From Candidatus Heimdallarchaeota archaeon (lineage in GTDB: Archaea > Asgardarchaeota > Heimdallarchaeia > Heimdallarchaeales > Heimdallarchaeaceae): a DNA stretch of 32,000 nt. Each line of letters starts with the position of its first letter. Position 1 is the stretch's first letter. The notes under the pieces are model-generated. The model was not told where the DNA came from, ran no database searches, and worked only from the letters and a program-made list of their open reading frames with translations. Both the position numbers and the translations under genes were made by a program. Below, one piece after another: positions 6,196-15,822 of this stretch. Where the stretch lies: assembly GCA_030668875.1 (NCBI GenBank), contig DAOVER010000014.1, positions 1 through 32,000 on the forward strand, written 5' to 3'.

Positions 6196-9036
6196 ATGAA
6201 CAAAAAGAATAATCTCCATTACGAAAAAAAATACAATTATAAATCAAAAAAACACTCTAACAGAGTACTGAAGAGTTTACTTTCCTTCATTTCTGTTGTA
6301 ACCGTAGGTATTTTTTCTCTATTTTTCCTCTTCCCTGAGATTACAGTATTAGTTCCTTCGACCTTTATTCAATCATTTTCTCATTTCTGTGAGAGTGTAG
6401 GAGCTGCCATAGTTGTATTCTTTACATCCGTATTAACAAACACATATTTTCTCATTTCACTTTTCTGTGTATTATTTTGTTTAACAATCATCATCTTTCT
6501 CCCGTATAAATCAGTTGAAAATAAGAAACAATATACGTTGAAAAAATTAGGTTTACCTTTCTATCGGACGGTAAACATGATGGTAGTTTATTCCTCTTCT
6601 CACAATAATTCCAAGAATTTCAGATTCAATGCATATGCAAATAAGACTCATTCTGCTTTTCTAAGTAGTTTATTAATGAAGTTCAATCTTCTTTCTTTGG
6701 TCTTTTACAAAAACGATGAAAACCTTAACATGCTCTTTCCTATTGTTTCAAAAGGCCTTAGTTTAAAAAACATTCAAAGTAAAATAAGAAGACAAATTGA
6801 TTTTATTTCTAATTCCATTGATACTCATTATGGTAGCAAAATAAAAGAGTTATCAGTTGAACAAGTCAATAAACTTCTAACTTCTTTAGAAAAAATGGAA
6901 TCAAGAACAAAAGTGGATCTTGCTTCTGATCTAATTAATAACTTCAATCTTACAGACCAATTATACAATACTCTCCTGAGGAATGGTACAGGTTCTACAT
7001 GCCTATTGATAAAAGCAGAGAAAAAATCCAATTATGAGTGTCATTTGGCTTCAGATTTGAGCATATTTTCTGAGAACAAACAAATAGAATCTCAGGTTTT
7101 GAACTCATGTGGATTAAAAAAGAAGAAAGCATTGAATTTGTTTCGTAGGAGATTGAAATTCACCCATTTATTATTCTCTTCTCTTTGGAAAAGAAACCTT
7201 TCAAATATTGAGAAGTTATCAACATTATTTCATATTCCTTTCAATTATCAAGGGGGACCAATTTCAATAAAATCTTCTCCCACATCTGCAAATCTCTCTC
7301 CCGAACTTAAGGATCAGAATTTAATGGTAGTGGGTCAAACTGTGGAGGGTGATGAAATAGGACAAGATATCACTATAAACGTTAAAGACCTTCTTCTAAA
7401 TTTAGAAATATTTGGGATGATTGGAAGGGGGAAGACAAAATTGGTCTCTTCATTATTAAAACAGGTTCTAGATTATAATATTAGTGCTCTTGTTTTTGAT
7501 ATTAAAGGAGAATATTCGCGGGCTTTTATAGACGATTCTCGCGTGGAAATTTTTACAATAGGAAAACCTAGGCCATTATGTCTGAATTTATTTGAAACAA
7601 TCGATAGTGAAGATGTACATAATACATTGTTAATAATTGAAGAGATGATGATGTCATCAAATTTAGAATTTACTCCATCAATGAAAAACTTGTTCGAAAC
7701 TGCCTTATTTCAAACACATCGTTCTTCAAAAAGGAATCTACAAACCTTTGTTGAAAATGTGTATAAAGTAGCAGAGGATATTAGATCTAACTCCAATAAC
7801 TCTTATATTCAGCAAACTATTGACGCTGTTTTAAATAGACTAAATTTCATCTTCAATCCGATTAATTATGAGATATTAGGTGCGATACGAACAACTCTGG
7901 ATTTATCTCTTCTGGATAATAACAAAAGCATAATCTTAGATTTGAGCCAGTTTCAAAAACGAGCGGCTAGACCTTCAGACATTTTTTTAATTTGTAATCT
8001 TATTTTGAAAAAACTTTATCGCCACGCTTCTGCAAAAGAAATTACAAACAAACTAAGATATGTTGTTGTTTTAGAAGAAGCTATTAATATTATACCTAAT
8101 TTTTATCGTCCGGAGAGTTCTGCCTCCCTAATTACATCAGAGAACAATTTCTTGTTGGGACGAAGTTTGGGTATCGGACATATAACCGTCTCACAGTTGT
8201 GGTCCAGTGTCAGCAATATTGTTCACGGCAATTCCGCTACAAAAATTATCTTCCGCTCAAGTGAAAAAGCAGATATTATAGGTAAATCTATCAATTTATC
8301 TGAAGATGAGATAAGCAAAGTTCAAAGATTGCCGACCCAGCATTGCTTTATTTTCTTTGAAGGATCAGAAAAGCCTCTTAAGATTAGAACAATTGACTTA
8401 CTAAGTGAACCTATTAGCTTTGCTGAATACCGCTCTAAAATTATAAAACGATATGGACGAAATGTTCTTCCCTTACTTTACAATAATTTTATAGAAATGA
8501 GAACCTCACTTTACCAGAAATACACTCTGAGCACTAAGAAGAAATTTGGCTCAACCAACCAAGGACGTAATCCAAGTAGTGTTCAACCAAGATTAGAGAA
8601 TGTTTCATTCCAAGCAAAGACTGAGGACATAGAGAGAAAGAATATTGATGATTCTATAGCTGAAAAAGAAACAATGGATTTTGTAAATTCAGCTGAGTTC
8701 TTACCTGAAAACTTGTTATGTGAACAATTATGTCCAGAGAAAAATCACTGGAGAGATTGTATTAAGTATAATATTGGAGCAAAAATAATCAAGACCATTA
8801 TTACTAAAAACAGTTCTTCAAAAGAGTTAGCTTTCCTGTTAGATAATCCTACTCAATTGCTATCTATAGTCAAAGATTATGCAGAAAAAAGAAATCTAGA
8901 ATATGATCCGTTTTTAGCATTTTGCACTGTAAAGAGTCTTACTTTGGATTTAGTTTCAGGTGGGATACTAACCTTTCAAGAAGCCTATACTTTTCTTAAG
9001 AAATTTTCTCCCCAAACACAGACAACCTTAACCTGA
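6196..9036 (+). CDS. HerA/VirB4/TrwB-like P-loop ATPase (DUF87-type) with N-terminal transmembrane helices
   Basis: Walker A GMIGRGKT, VFDIKGEY, Walker B VVLEEA, GRSLGIGHITVSQ and HGNSATKIIFR, all typical of the FtsK-HerA superfamily. Hydrophobic segments at about aa 28-105; SD GAGGAG. Confidence 0.8.
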   Translation: MNKKNNLHYEKKYNYKSKKHSNRVLKSLLSFISVVTVGIFSLFFLFPEITVLVPSTFIQSFSHFCESVGAAIVVFFTSVLTNTYFLISLFCVLFCLTIIIFLPYKSVENKKQYTLKKLGLPFYRTVNMMVVYSSSHNNSKNFRFNAYANKTHSAFLSSLLMKFNLLSLVFYKNDENLNMLFPIVSKGLSLKNIQSKIRRQIDFISNSIDTHYGSKIKELSVEQVNKLLTSLEKMESRTKVDLASDLINNFNLTDQLYNTLLRNGTGSTCLLIKAEKKSNYECHLASDLSIFSENKQIESQVLNSCGLKKKKALNLFRRRLKFTHLLFSSLWKRNLSNIEKLSTLFHIPFNYQGGPISIKSSPTSANLSPELKDQNLMVVGQTVEGDEIGQDITINVKDLLLNLEIFGMIGRGKTKLVSSLLKQVLDYNISALVFDIKGEYSRAFIDDSRVEIFTIGKPRPLCLNLFETIDSEDVHNTLLIIEEMMMSSNLEFTPSMKNLFETALFQTHRSSKRNLQTFVENVYKVAEDIRSNSNNSYIQQTIDAVLNRLNFIFNPINYEILGAIRTTLDLSLLDNNKSIILDLSQFQKRAARPSDIFLICNLILKKLYRHASAKEITNKLRYVVVLEEAINIIPNFYRPESSASLITSENNFLLGRSLGIGHITVSQLWSSVSNIVHGNSATKIIFRSSEKADIIGKSINLSEDEISKVQRLPTQHCFIFFEGSEKPLKIRTIDLLSEPISFAEYRSKIIKRYGRNVLPLLYNNFIEMRTSLYQKYTLSTKKKFGSTNQGRNPSSVQPRLENVSFQAKTEDIERKNIDDSIAEKETMDFVNSAEFLPENLLCEQLCPEKNHWRDCIKYNIGAKIIKTIITKNSSSKELAFLLDNPTQLLSIVKDYAEKRNLEYDPFLAFCTVKSLTLDLVSGGILTFQEAYTFLKKFSPQTQTTLT

Positions 9037-9149
9037 CCTTTTTCCTCTCAATTAATAAAACTTAAAAGCGACCAAATTTTGCTTGTATCAAGTTCTGATC
9101 ACGTCGACCGTTGATTAGCTTAACAACGGAAGTGGTAGAGGATGATATT

Positions 9150-9791
9150 ATGGTAGATAAAGAACTTAATACCGCTATTGAGAAGATGAAAGAGCAATCA
9201 CCGTCTCGTAAATTCGTTGAATCTGTAGACATAGCTATAAATCTTAAAGAAATTAATCTTCAAGATCCAGCAAAAAGATTTCAAATGGAAGTGCAACTTC
9301 CACACCCATTACCAAAGGATGTAAAGGTGTGCGTAGTAGCTGAAGGTACTCAACTTGTTGAGGCAGAATCAGCTGGAGTTGCAAGAGTGATTGCTAAGGA
9401 AGAATTAGAGAATATAAGTAGAGATCCAAAACTAGCTAAGAAACTATCTAAACAGTATGATTTCTTTCTAGCAAGCGCTCCATTAATGCCTCTAATTGGA
9501 CGAAATCTAGGTAAGTTTCTCGGACCACGAGGAAAAATGCCTAAACCTGTTCCTCCAAACGCTCCTATTGGGCCTTTAATCGAAAACTATCAATCTACTA
9601 TTCAAATTCGTTTGCGACAATCCCCAGTAATTCACGCAAGGATTGGAACAGCTGAAATGAGTAGTGATGCTATTGCTGAAAATGTTCTTTCAGTTCTAAG
9701 AAACATAGAGGGCAAACTGGAAAAAGGCGAGAATAACATTAAGTCGATTTATATCAAGACTACAATGGGTCCTGCCATAAAAGTAAAGTAG
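9150..9791 (+). CDS. rpl1: 50S ribosomal protein uL1 (ORF track starts at TTG 9111; ATG 9150 more likely)
   Basis: RKFVESVDIAINL, LGKFLGPRGKMPKP and IKTTMGPAIKV are uL1 signatures. Confidence 0.96.
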   Translation: MVDKELNTAIEKMKEQSPSRKFVESVDIAINLKEINLQDPAKRFQMEVQLPHPLPKDVKVCVVAEGTQLVEAESAGVARVIAKEELENISRDPKLAKKLSKQYDFFLASAPLMPLIGRNLGKFLGPRGKMPKPVPPNAPIGPLIENYQSTIQIRLRQSPVIHARIGTAEMSSDAIAENVLSVLRNIEGKLEKGENNIKSIYIKTTMGPAIKVK

Positions 9792-9796
9792 GTGAC

Positions 9797-10810
9797 ATGA
9801 TGTCAACAGTAATTTCAGATAAGAAAAAGGAGATTGTTAATAATCTCAAAAAAGAATTGCTATCCTACCCTATTATTGGCTTAGTTAAAATTGACAATAT
9901 CAACGCAAAAGTTGTACAGAACATTCGTAAAGACCTCTATAAAGAAGCTAGGATTGTTATGGCTAAGAACAGTTTAATGAAACTAGCCTTAGCTGAAGTT
10001 AAGAAAGATATCAAAGGAATTGAAAAATTAACAGAACATATAGTTGGTTCCTGTGCTTTCTTATTAACTAATACTAATCCCTATAAACTAGCCTCTTACA
10101 TGGATGATAATAAAGTTCAAGCACCTGCAAAAGCAGGACAAGTAGCACCGAATGATGTTATAATTAGACCAATGAATACTGGTATTCCTCCGGGGCCTGT
10201 TATAGCTGAACTCCAATCTCTGGGTTTGAAAACTAGAATTGAAGGTGGTCAAATCAGAATCTCTGAAGAAGCTGTAGTGACCAAAGAAGGTGAGCGAGTT
10301 AATAGAACAGTTGCTCTCCTTCTAAGAAGACTAAACATTGAACCCTTTCAAGCAGGATTGAGTTTTGTTGTAGCTTTTGAGGACGGAGCTCTAATTGCAG
10401 GTAAAGAATTAATCATTGACTATAATATGTATGAACAGAATCTCAAATGGGCTTACTCTTCAGCGTTAAATCTTGCAATTAATGCTGGAATTATTACAAA
10501 ACAAAGCGTTGCACTAATTATGGGCAATGCTAATAGGTTTGCCCTTAATCTTTCTGTAAATGCAAGTATAATTAATAGAAAATCATTACCTCTTATTTTA
10601 TCAAAAGCTGTTCAAGAATCTTTGTCTGTTGCATCCAAAGTAGCAGAACAAGATTCAAATGCAATATCTGATAAAATACAAGAAAAACTAACCTCTGCAC
10701 CAAAAGCTCAGTCTGTTGAAACAGTTAAAACTGTATCAAAAGAAGAAGTTAAGGAGGAAGTTGAAGAAGAACCTGAGGAAGACTTAGGGTTAGGATCACT
10801 ATTTGGATAG
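9797..10810 (+). CDS. rplP0: Ribosomal protein uL10 (acidic stalk P0)
   Basis: IVMAKNSLM, APAKAGQVAPNDV, TGIPPGPVIAELQSLG and the acidic tail EEEPEEDLGLGSLFG. Confidence 0.96.
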   Translation: MMSTVISDKKKEIVNNLKKELLSYPIIGLVKIDNINAKVVQNIRKDLYKEARIVMAKNSLMKLALAEVKKDIKGIEKLTEHIVGSCAFLLTNTNPYKLASYMDDNKVQAPAKAGQVAPNDVIIRPMNTGIPPGPVIAELQSLGLKTRIEGGQIRISEEAVVTKEGERVNRTVALLLRRLNIEPFQAGLSFVVAFEDGALIAGKELIIDYNMYEQNLKWAYSSALNLAINAGIITKQSVALIMGNANRFALNLSVNASIINRKSLPLILSKAVQESLSVASKVAEQDSNAISDKIQEKLTSAPKAQSVETVKTVSKEEVKEEVEEEPEEDLGLGSLFG

Positions 10811-10819
10811 GTGAAAAAT

Positions 10820-11128
10820 ATGGAATATGTATATGCCGCACTAGTACTACATGAATTAGGAGAAAAAATAACACAAGCAAAAGTAAAAGGAATTCTTGAA
10901 GCTGCTGGCACAACAGCAGATGATTCTCGTATCAAAGCTTTAGTAGCTGCTTTGAAAGAAGTTGATATTGAAGAAGCATTGAAAACAGCTGTTATGTCCG
11001 CTACAGCCGCACCAGCCGCAGCTCCTAAAGGAGCAGCGAAGGAATCAGACGCACCAGCTAAAAAAGAGAAAGTTGAAGAAGAACCTGAAGAAGATACCGA
11101 CTTAGGTTTAAGCGCTCTATTCGGATAA
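10820..11128 (+). CDS. rpl12: Ribosomal stalk protein aL12/P1 (ATG 10820 behind SD AGGTGA; ORF track starts at GTG 10811)
   Basis: MEYVYAALVLH, Ala-rich hinge and acidic tail ending LSALFG. Confidence 0.96.
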   Translation: MEYVYAALVLHELGEKITQAKVKGILEAAGTTADDSRIKALVAALKEVDIEEALKTAVMSATAAPAAAPKGAAKESDAPAKKEKVEEEPEEDTDLGLSALFG

Positions 11129-11200
11129 TTCTTTCTTTTCTTTTCTTATTTTTCAAAAATTTCTATTTAAAATTTTTAATTTTTTAATTTATTATTCTTT
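11129..11200. terminator. T-rich intergenic tract between convergent operons; probable archaeal oligo(U) terminator region
   Basis: Pyrimidine/T runs directly after the aL12 stop codon. Confidence 0.45.
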
Positions 11201-11518
11201 CTAAGTTTTCTTTATAAAATCATTAAACGCTTCCACTATGTCATTATATTCTTCTAATATCTGATAATCCCCCAAAGATTCAATGTCCCTTTCTATAGTT
11301 AAATTAGAACTAAGAGATGCAATCCTTGATCTCCTTACTTGCCCTCTACCGTCGATTGATATGATTAATGTATGATCCTCTGCATGCATCAGAACGAAAT
11401 TAAATAGTTGACCATCTCTTAATTCCTCAAGTTGCTTTTTATCAATTCTACATTCCAGCATTCTACCGCATTTTTCACAGTTAAATGCCTTTATTATGAA
11501 TTGGTTCTCCATTTCCAT
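11201..11518 (-). CDS. Small hypothetical protein with CxxC...H...H putative metal-binding motif
   Basis: CEKCG, LMHAEDHTLIISIDGRGQVRR; last gene of the GTPase operon. Confidence 0.65.
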   Translation of the reverse strand: MEMENQFIIKAFNCEKCGRMLECRIDKKQLEELRDGQLFNFVLMHAEDHTLIISIDGRGQVRRSRIASLSSNLTIERDIESLGDYQILEEYNDIVEAFNDFIKKT

Positions 11519-11540
11519 TCTAAATCACTTTTAGGTATTT

Positions 11541-12137
11541 CTAAACATTAGAATATTTTGAAAGTAGTTCTTTCGCTAAATTATCCTCTTTATTCACAAT
11601 TTGATTAACCATATATTCAAATGGCTCAGAAACGTTAGCTGAAAAGAGGCCACTAACTAAGAAATGTTTTCGTATGTCATGAGTTTTCATAAAATCATGA
11701 ATGTCTTCAACAGTTACTTCAACATTATCGAGGTCTAATTTATTTCCAACTAAAATTTCAGGAACTTTAGGATAATAATGGTTTTTAAGATAATTTCTGG
11801 TAAGTTCAACAAATTCACTGAGGTCGAGTAGAGTTTCAATGTCAGTTACATCATAAACATACATCACACCTTTGACTCCCCGTAGAAACACATCTATCAT
11901 AAATCTAAATTGCCTTTGACCAGCAAAGTCCCATATCTGCAGAGTTACCGCTTTATCAAATTGTGCTATTCTCTTTATAGTAATGTCGACTCCTTTAGTC
12001 ATCGAAATTTCATTAGGATCAGTCATTTCTCCTGTGTAGCCTTTGGATATTGTTGTTTTACCAACAGATCCTAAACCAAGCACTGCAACTTTTAAGATGT
12101 TTCCTTGGTTAGTGTTATGTGGTTGTCTTGCTATCAT
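11541..12137 (-). CDS. Rab-like (Ras superfamily) small GTPase
   Basis: G1 GLGSVGKTT, G2 TKGVDI, G3 WDFAGQ, G4 NKLD; no C-terminal prenylation cysteine. Confidence 0.92.
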   Translation of the reverse strand: MIARQPHNTNQGNILKVAVLGLGSVGKTTISKGYTGEMTDPNEISMTKGVDITIKRIAQFDKAVTLQIWDFAGQRQFRFMIDVFLRGVKGVMYVYDVTDIETLLDLSEFVELTRNYLKNHYYPKVPEILVGNKLDLDNVEVTVEDIHDFMKTHDIRKHFLVSGLFSANVSEPFEYMVNQIVNKEDNLAKELLSKYSNV

Positions 12138-12161
12138 TATATATCATATCCTAAAAAATAT

Positions 12162-13496
12162 TTAAAACACCACATTTTTTGTGGTATTTTCTCCCGCAAT
12201 CATTCCATGAAGAGAAACAGCTGCAAATACAGGTTTATTCCTAATTACAGAAAACTCTCCTCCTGAATAAAACGTTATGAAGGGAACATCATTACCAATT
12301 GCCTCTTTAATCATATTGGTTTCCTTTTCAATCTTATCTCCAGCAATTAACAGCCTATTACTACAGTTTATGAACACACCAAAACACGGATTCTCTATGT
12401 TTTGAGATGCTTTTATTGCACACTCAAATGCTGATTCTTGGATACCTGTTCCAGATTGTGTGAAGAAATCTGCACTAACATTGTCTTTTTTCAAGATTCT
12501 CTCTGGTATTGTAGTTACGACTCCATTCAGAATTGATTGGATTATTGAAACATAAGGTACATGCTCTCCTTCATCTGAACTGAGTGCTGATAAGTATAAC
12601 AAAGATGCATTAGCATATCGTGCAAATTCTTCATTATACATTTCCTCCGAAATCCCAATAAGATCAAGAAAGGCTTTACGTGCAGGTTTTTTGTTGATTT
12701 TTTGAACGTATCCACTTGTAAGATAATCTGAAACATTGAAATCATCTGATCTTTGTGATTTATCAAAGGTCCAATCCATATCAAACTCTAGCTTATCTGA
12801 TGAAAAGAACGTTCCAACCATTGCATCTTTTAGTACATTTATTCCTTCAAATTGAAAATTTGTCACCATATCAATATCAATGGTGGCACCCCCAATCATA
12901 TTGTAGATATTTTTCTTTGCGAGAATAGAGAGAATTTCATCAGCATAATTTGCTGTTCCATATCCGTTTTTCCCCATATTTTTGTTTATGAGTTTTCCAA
13001 TTGCATTGAACATTCCTTTGAACTTCTGTGCAAAGTATGTATCCAAAATCTTCATTTGTTCATATGCATCTGGTTCAAAAAAAGGACCAGCTGTTAGGAA
13101 AAATCCCATTTTGTTTTTTTGTTCTATTTTGTTATAACAATCAAGAATAATTTTAGCTCCTTTTTTTGGATTTGTTCTGATATTAGAATAAGAGTAGGGC
13201 TTATGAAATGTGATATCATCTGATTTAATTGCCATAACTGAGCATCCTTGAGTAGTTGGGTATCCGTCTGACGTTGCTACTCCTGGAAAAACACCTCCAA
13301 CTATGTTGGTTGTTCCACTTTCATCACTTAATTTTACAAGAGCTTCTTCGTAAGCTTGTTTACTTCGATAATTTGGTGTAAAACCTACCATTAGAAAATC
13401 AGAAGTACCGTTTATATCCCCAATTACATCTTTTACAATGTTTTTTGTTACTTGATGTATGGATCTATGACTTGCGGTTCCTGTTGCTATTTTCAT
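12162..13496 (-). CDS. FIST-domain signal transduction protein
   Basis: N-terminal IVGGVFPG and IGGATID; C-terminal GVFINCSNR and PFITFYSGGEF match the FIST_N/FIST_C pattern. Confidence 0.8.
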   Translation of the reverse strand: MKIATGTASHRSIHQVTKNIVKDVIGDINGTSDFLMVGFTPNYRSKQAYEEALVKLSDESGTTNIVGGVFPGVATSDGYPTTQGCSVMAIKSDDITFHKPYSYSNIRTNPKKGAKIILDCYNKIEQKNKMGFFLTAGPFFEPDAYEQMKILDTYFAQKFKGMFNAIGKLINKNMGKNGYGTANYADEILSILAKKNIYNMIGGATIDIDMVTNFQFEGINVLKDAMVGTFFSSDKLEFDMDWTFDKSQRSDDFNVSDYLTSGYVQKINKKPARKAFLDLIGISEEMYNEEFARYANASLLYLSALSSDEGEHVPYVSIIQSILNGVVTTIPERILKKDNVSADFFTQSGTGIQESAFECAIKASQNIENPCFGVFINCSNRLLIAGDKIEKETNMIKEAIGNDVPFITFYSGGEFSVIRNKPVFAAVSLHGMIAGENTTKNVVF

Positions 13497-13505
13497 GTAA
13501 ATTCC

Positions 13506-13865
13506 TCACAAACTCGCTGATATCAACATAGCTTTTCTTTTTGTTTCAATAGATAGAAGACTCATGTTTGCAGTTCTAATTGCTAAAGTAGTAAGAATTG
13601 TTACGTTATTGACAACTGAAAATATAACATTGAAGTTATTCAGCTCATAGGTAACCTTAGCTAAGTTATTTGTCTTCATCTCAAGCGATACTTTTTCCAC
13701 GTTTGCCTTGCACCATTGTATTGTTCTAAGAATCTCGTTGGAATGCTCTTCTTTAAACGCAGATTTGATAACGTTACCATCTATCCGAAAAAGTATTGCA
13801 GCCTCAACATCATCTAGATGTATTAAATCAGATAATTCTGAGGTTAATCCAGTGTTATAGTTCAT
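13506..13865 (-). CDS. Roadblock/LC7 (MglB-like) domain protein
   Basis: About 120 aa; VEAAILFRIDGNVI strand-turn motif and C-terminal amphipathic helix NMSLLSIETKR. Start overlaps the stop of the KaiC-like gene. Confidence 0.8.
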   Translation of the reverse strand: MNYNTGLTSELSDLIHLDDVEAAILFRIDGNVIKSAFKEEHSNEILRTIQWCKANVEKVSLEMKTNNLAKVTYELNNFNVIFSVVNNVTILTTLAIRTANMSLLSIETKRKAMLISASL

Positions 13866-14788
13866 TTTTTAACCTCTTGAAGCATTTGAGGACTGGTTAT
13901 TGCATCTACAAGATCTATTTTGTCTCCTTTTTCATGTCTATCATTGAGTAGATTTTTAGCTATCTGGGCAATTATTCTCTTTTTTGGATCCTTATCTTTC
14001 GACATTTGTTTGACCTTTTTCATTAATTCATTATACCTAGTATCATAAATTGAAGGCTCGTCGCATTCTGTCTGGATTGAACTTGTATCAATAGCTATAC
14101 CTGCACCATGAGCAAAATGCATTGGGAAAATGCCTTCATGATGAGCTGTTCTTCTAGATTTTACAATTTTACAAGTTCTGTTGTACTTACCACCTAATCC
14201 GAGATTTTGAATGTGGACTACTGTATCTGATAGATAGATCGGAACTCTTGTTTCTATGGCTCCAATGTCTGTTTGTCCAAACGCATTAGGTTCTTCAACA
14301 GTTTGTAGAACAGTACCTAATGAGCTTAGGTGCTGGTAAATTTTAGTTAATACTTTTCTTTGTTCCCTTTCAGATGGGAACTCCCATAGAATTGGTGTAA
14401 GAGGATCTAAAATGATTCTTGTATGTCTAACGTTTTTATGCTTAAGTTTTTGGGCTAAAGCCGGAAGTATATTAGTCATAAATTCAACAATTTTTTCGCT
14501 TTCCACAAGGTGTATGAGGTCTGTAAAATTCTGTGAAACGTCTTTAATTCTTATTCCCAAAGATTCTGCTCCTGCTATAAGTTTAGAAGGTGTCTCTTCA
14601 AATGACAAGTAAAGTGTATGGTCTCCTTCGAGTAACCCTTGGTAAATATAAGCTAGTGCGAAAGTTGTTTTTCCTGTACCGCTGCTTCCTACAATGGAAT
14701 TGATTGAATTTTTAATCATTCCACCTTGAAGCAATACATCCAAGCCTTCAATGCCTGAAGAAATTCTTTCAGTAATTGACATATTCAT
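13862..14788 (-). CDS. KaiC-like / RAD55-family ATPase (single domain)
   Basis: RISSGIEGLDVLLQGG, Walker A GSSGTGKT, YLSFEET, IILD and IVKSRRTAH. Confidence 0.88.
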   Translation of the reverse strand: MNMSITERISSGIEGLDVLLQGGMIKNSINSIVGSSGTGKTTFALAYIYQGLLEGDHTLYLSFEETPSKLIAGAESLGIRIKDVSQNFTDLIHLVESEKIVEFMTNILPALAQKLKHKNVRHTRIILDPLTPILWEFPSEREQRKVLTKIYQHLSSLGTVLQTVEEPNAFGQTDIGAIETRVPIYLSDTVVHIQNLGLGGKYNRTCKIVKSRRTAHHEGIFPMHFAHGAGIAIDTSSIQTECDEPSIYDTRYNELMKKVKQMSKDKDPKKRIIAQIAKNLLNDRHEKGDKIDLVDAITSPQMLQEVKK

Positions 14789-14904
14789 CTATATTTTTAC
14801 ATGAACAAGCTAAATAAACTCCACAATTTCTTTCTAAAATCAAATTTGACCTTTTATCTAGTTAATTGAATTAAACGCAATATTTTATAAAGAAATAGAA
14901 ATAG

Positions 14905-15678
14905 ATGTTCTCGAGTATCATGACATCTCTCTTAGCCAAAATTAAAGAGCTATTCATCTCCAAAGAGAAAAAATTTGTTATTGCCCTTCATGAGGAGCTA
15001 GAAAATAAGAACTTTGTTAATCTAAAAAAAATCTCTTCCAAATTATCATTACAACAAAGATACAAAGTTGTCAGTAAACTCCAATCATCCAAAGAGCTAC
15101 GTGGTGTATTGCTTAGTGAAAGAATGTTGTTTATGTCTATTGATGAGAACAAATTAGATGATTTGAAGGACAAAATAAAGAATATTGGAACAATTAAATT
15201 ACTTGAACTAAAAAATCGGTGGAAATTAAAAGATAACATTTTGGATAACCTCCTACAGCACATTGAGAAGGGCATAATGGGCGAAAAAGCCTTTTATACT
15301 CACAGATATCTTCAACATCATTTTATTACTAATCTCACAAAAAGTGATGAACACGATCTCGAGAAGATGAGCTCAAAACTTGGTTTAGAATCGTCTGTAA
15401 TACTTCCTTTTGTTCAAAAAATGATAACTGAAGGAACAGTTTCTGGTGTAATAAAGCAACAACAGTTTTTTGTAGATTCTGAATCCTTTGAAGCTTCATT
15501 TTCTGAGTATCTTGAGGAAATAAGTGAGGATACATTAGAAAAAGAGTTCAGTGAGGTGGCTCTAGAATTAGGGGTTTCATCTTCTGTAGTTGAAAAATAT
15601 TTAGTGAAACACGTTGAGAGATCACCTGGTCGCTTTGTTATATATCCTCTTGAGAAGAAAGTAAGAATAAAAAGATGA
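14905..15678 (+). CDS. Hypothetical protein with repeated winged-helix/PCI-like modules
   Basis: Repeated HTH-like segments (IKLLELKNRWKL; DLEKMSSKLGLESSVILPFVQKMITEGTVSG; FSEVALELGVSSSVVEKYL). Confidence 0.5.
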   Translation: MFSSIMTSLLAKIKELFISKEKKFVIALHEELENKNFVNLKKISSKLSLQQRYKVVSKLQSSKELRGVLLSERMLFMSIDENKLDDLKDKIKNIGTIKLLELKNRWKLKDNILDNLLQHIEKGIMGEKAFYTHRYLQHHFITNLTKSDEHDLEKMSSKLGLESSVILPFVQKMITEGTVSGVIKQQQFFVDSESFEASFSEYLEEISEDTLEKEFSEVALELGVSSSVVEKYLVKHVERSPGRFVIYPLEKKVRIKR

Positions 15679-15822
15679 AGCGTTATTAGTACTATCTTTT
15701 AGTCCTTTTTCATTCACATTAGAAATTATATGCTTACATGTCACTTTTTACAGCATATTTTATGAGTGTATTATCTGTCGAAATCTTTAAAATAGTATGT
15801 TGTTTTCGAACGATAGATAAAA

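Noticed and set aside
10756-11128. Repeated sequence at the 3' ends of uL10 and aL12
   Set aside because: This is the well-known shared acidic C-terminal stalk motif, of ordinary archaeal type.
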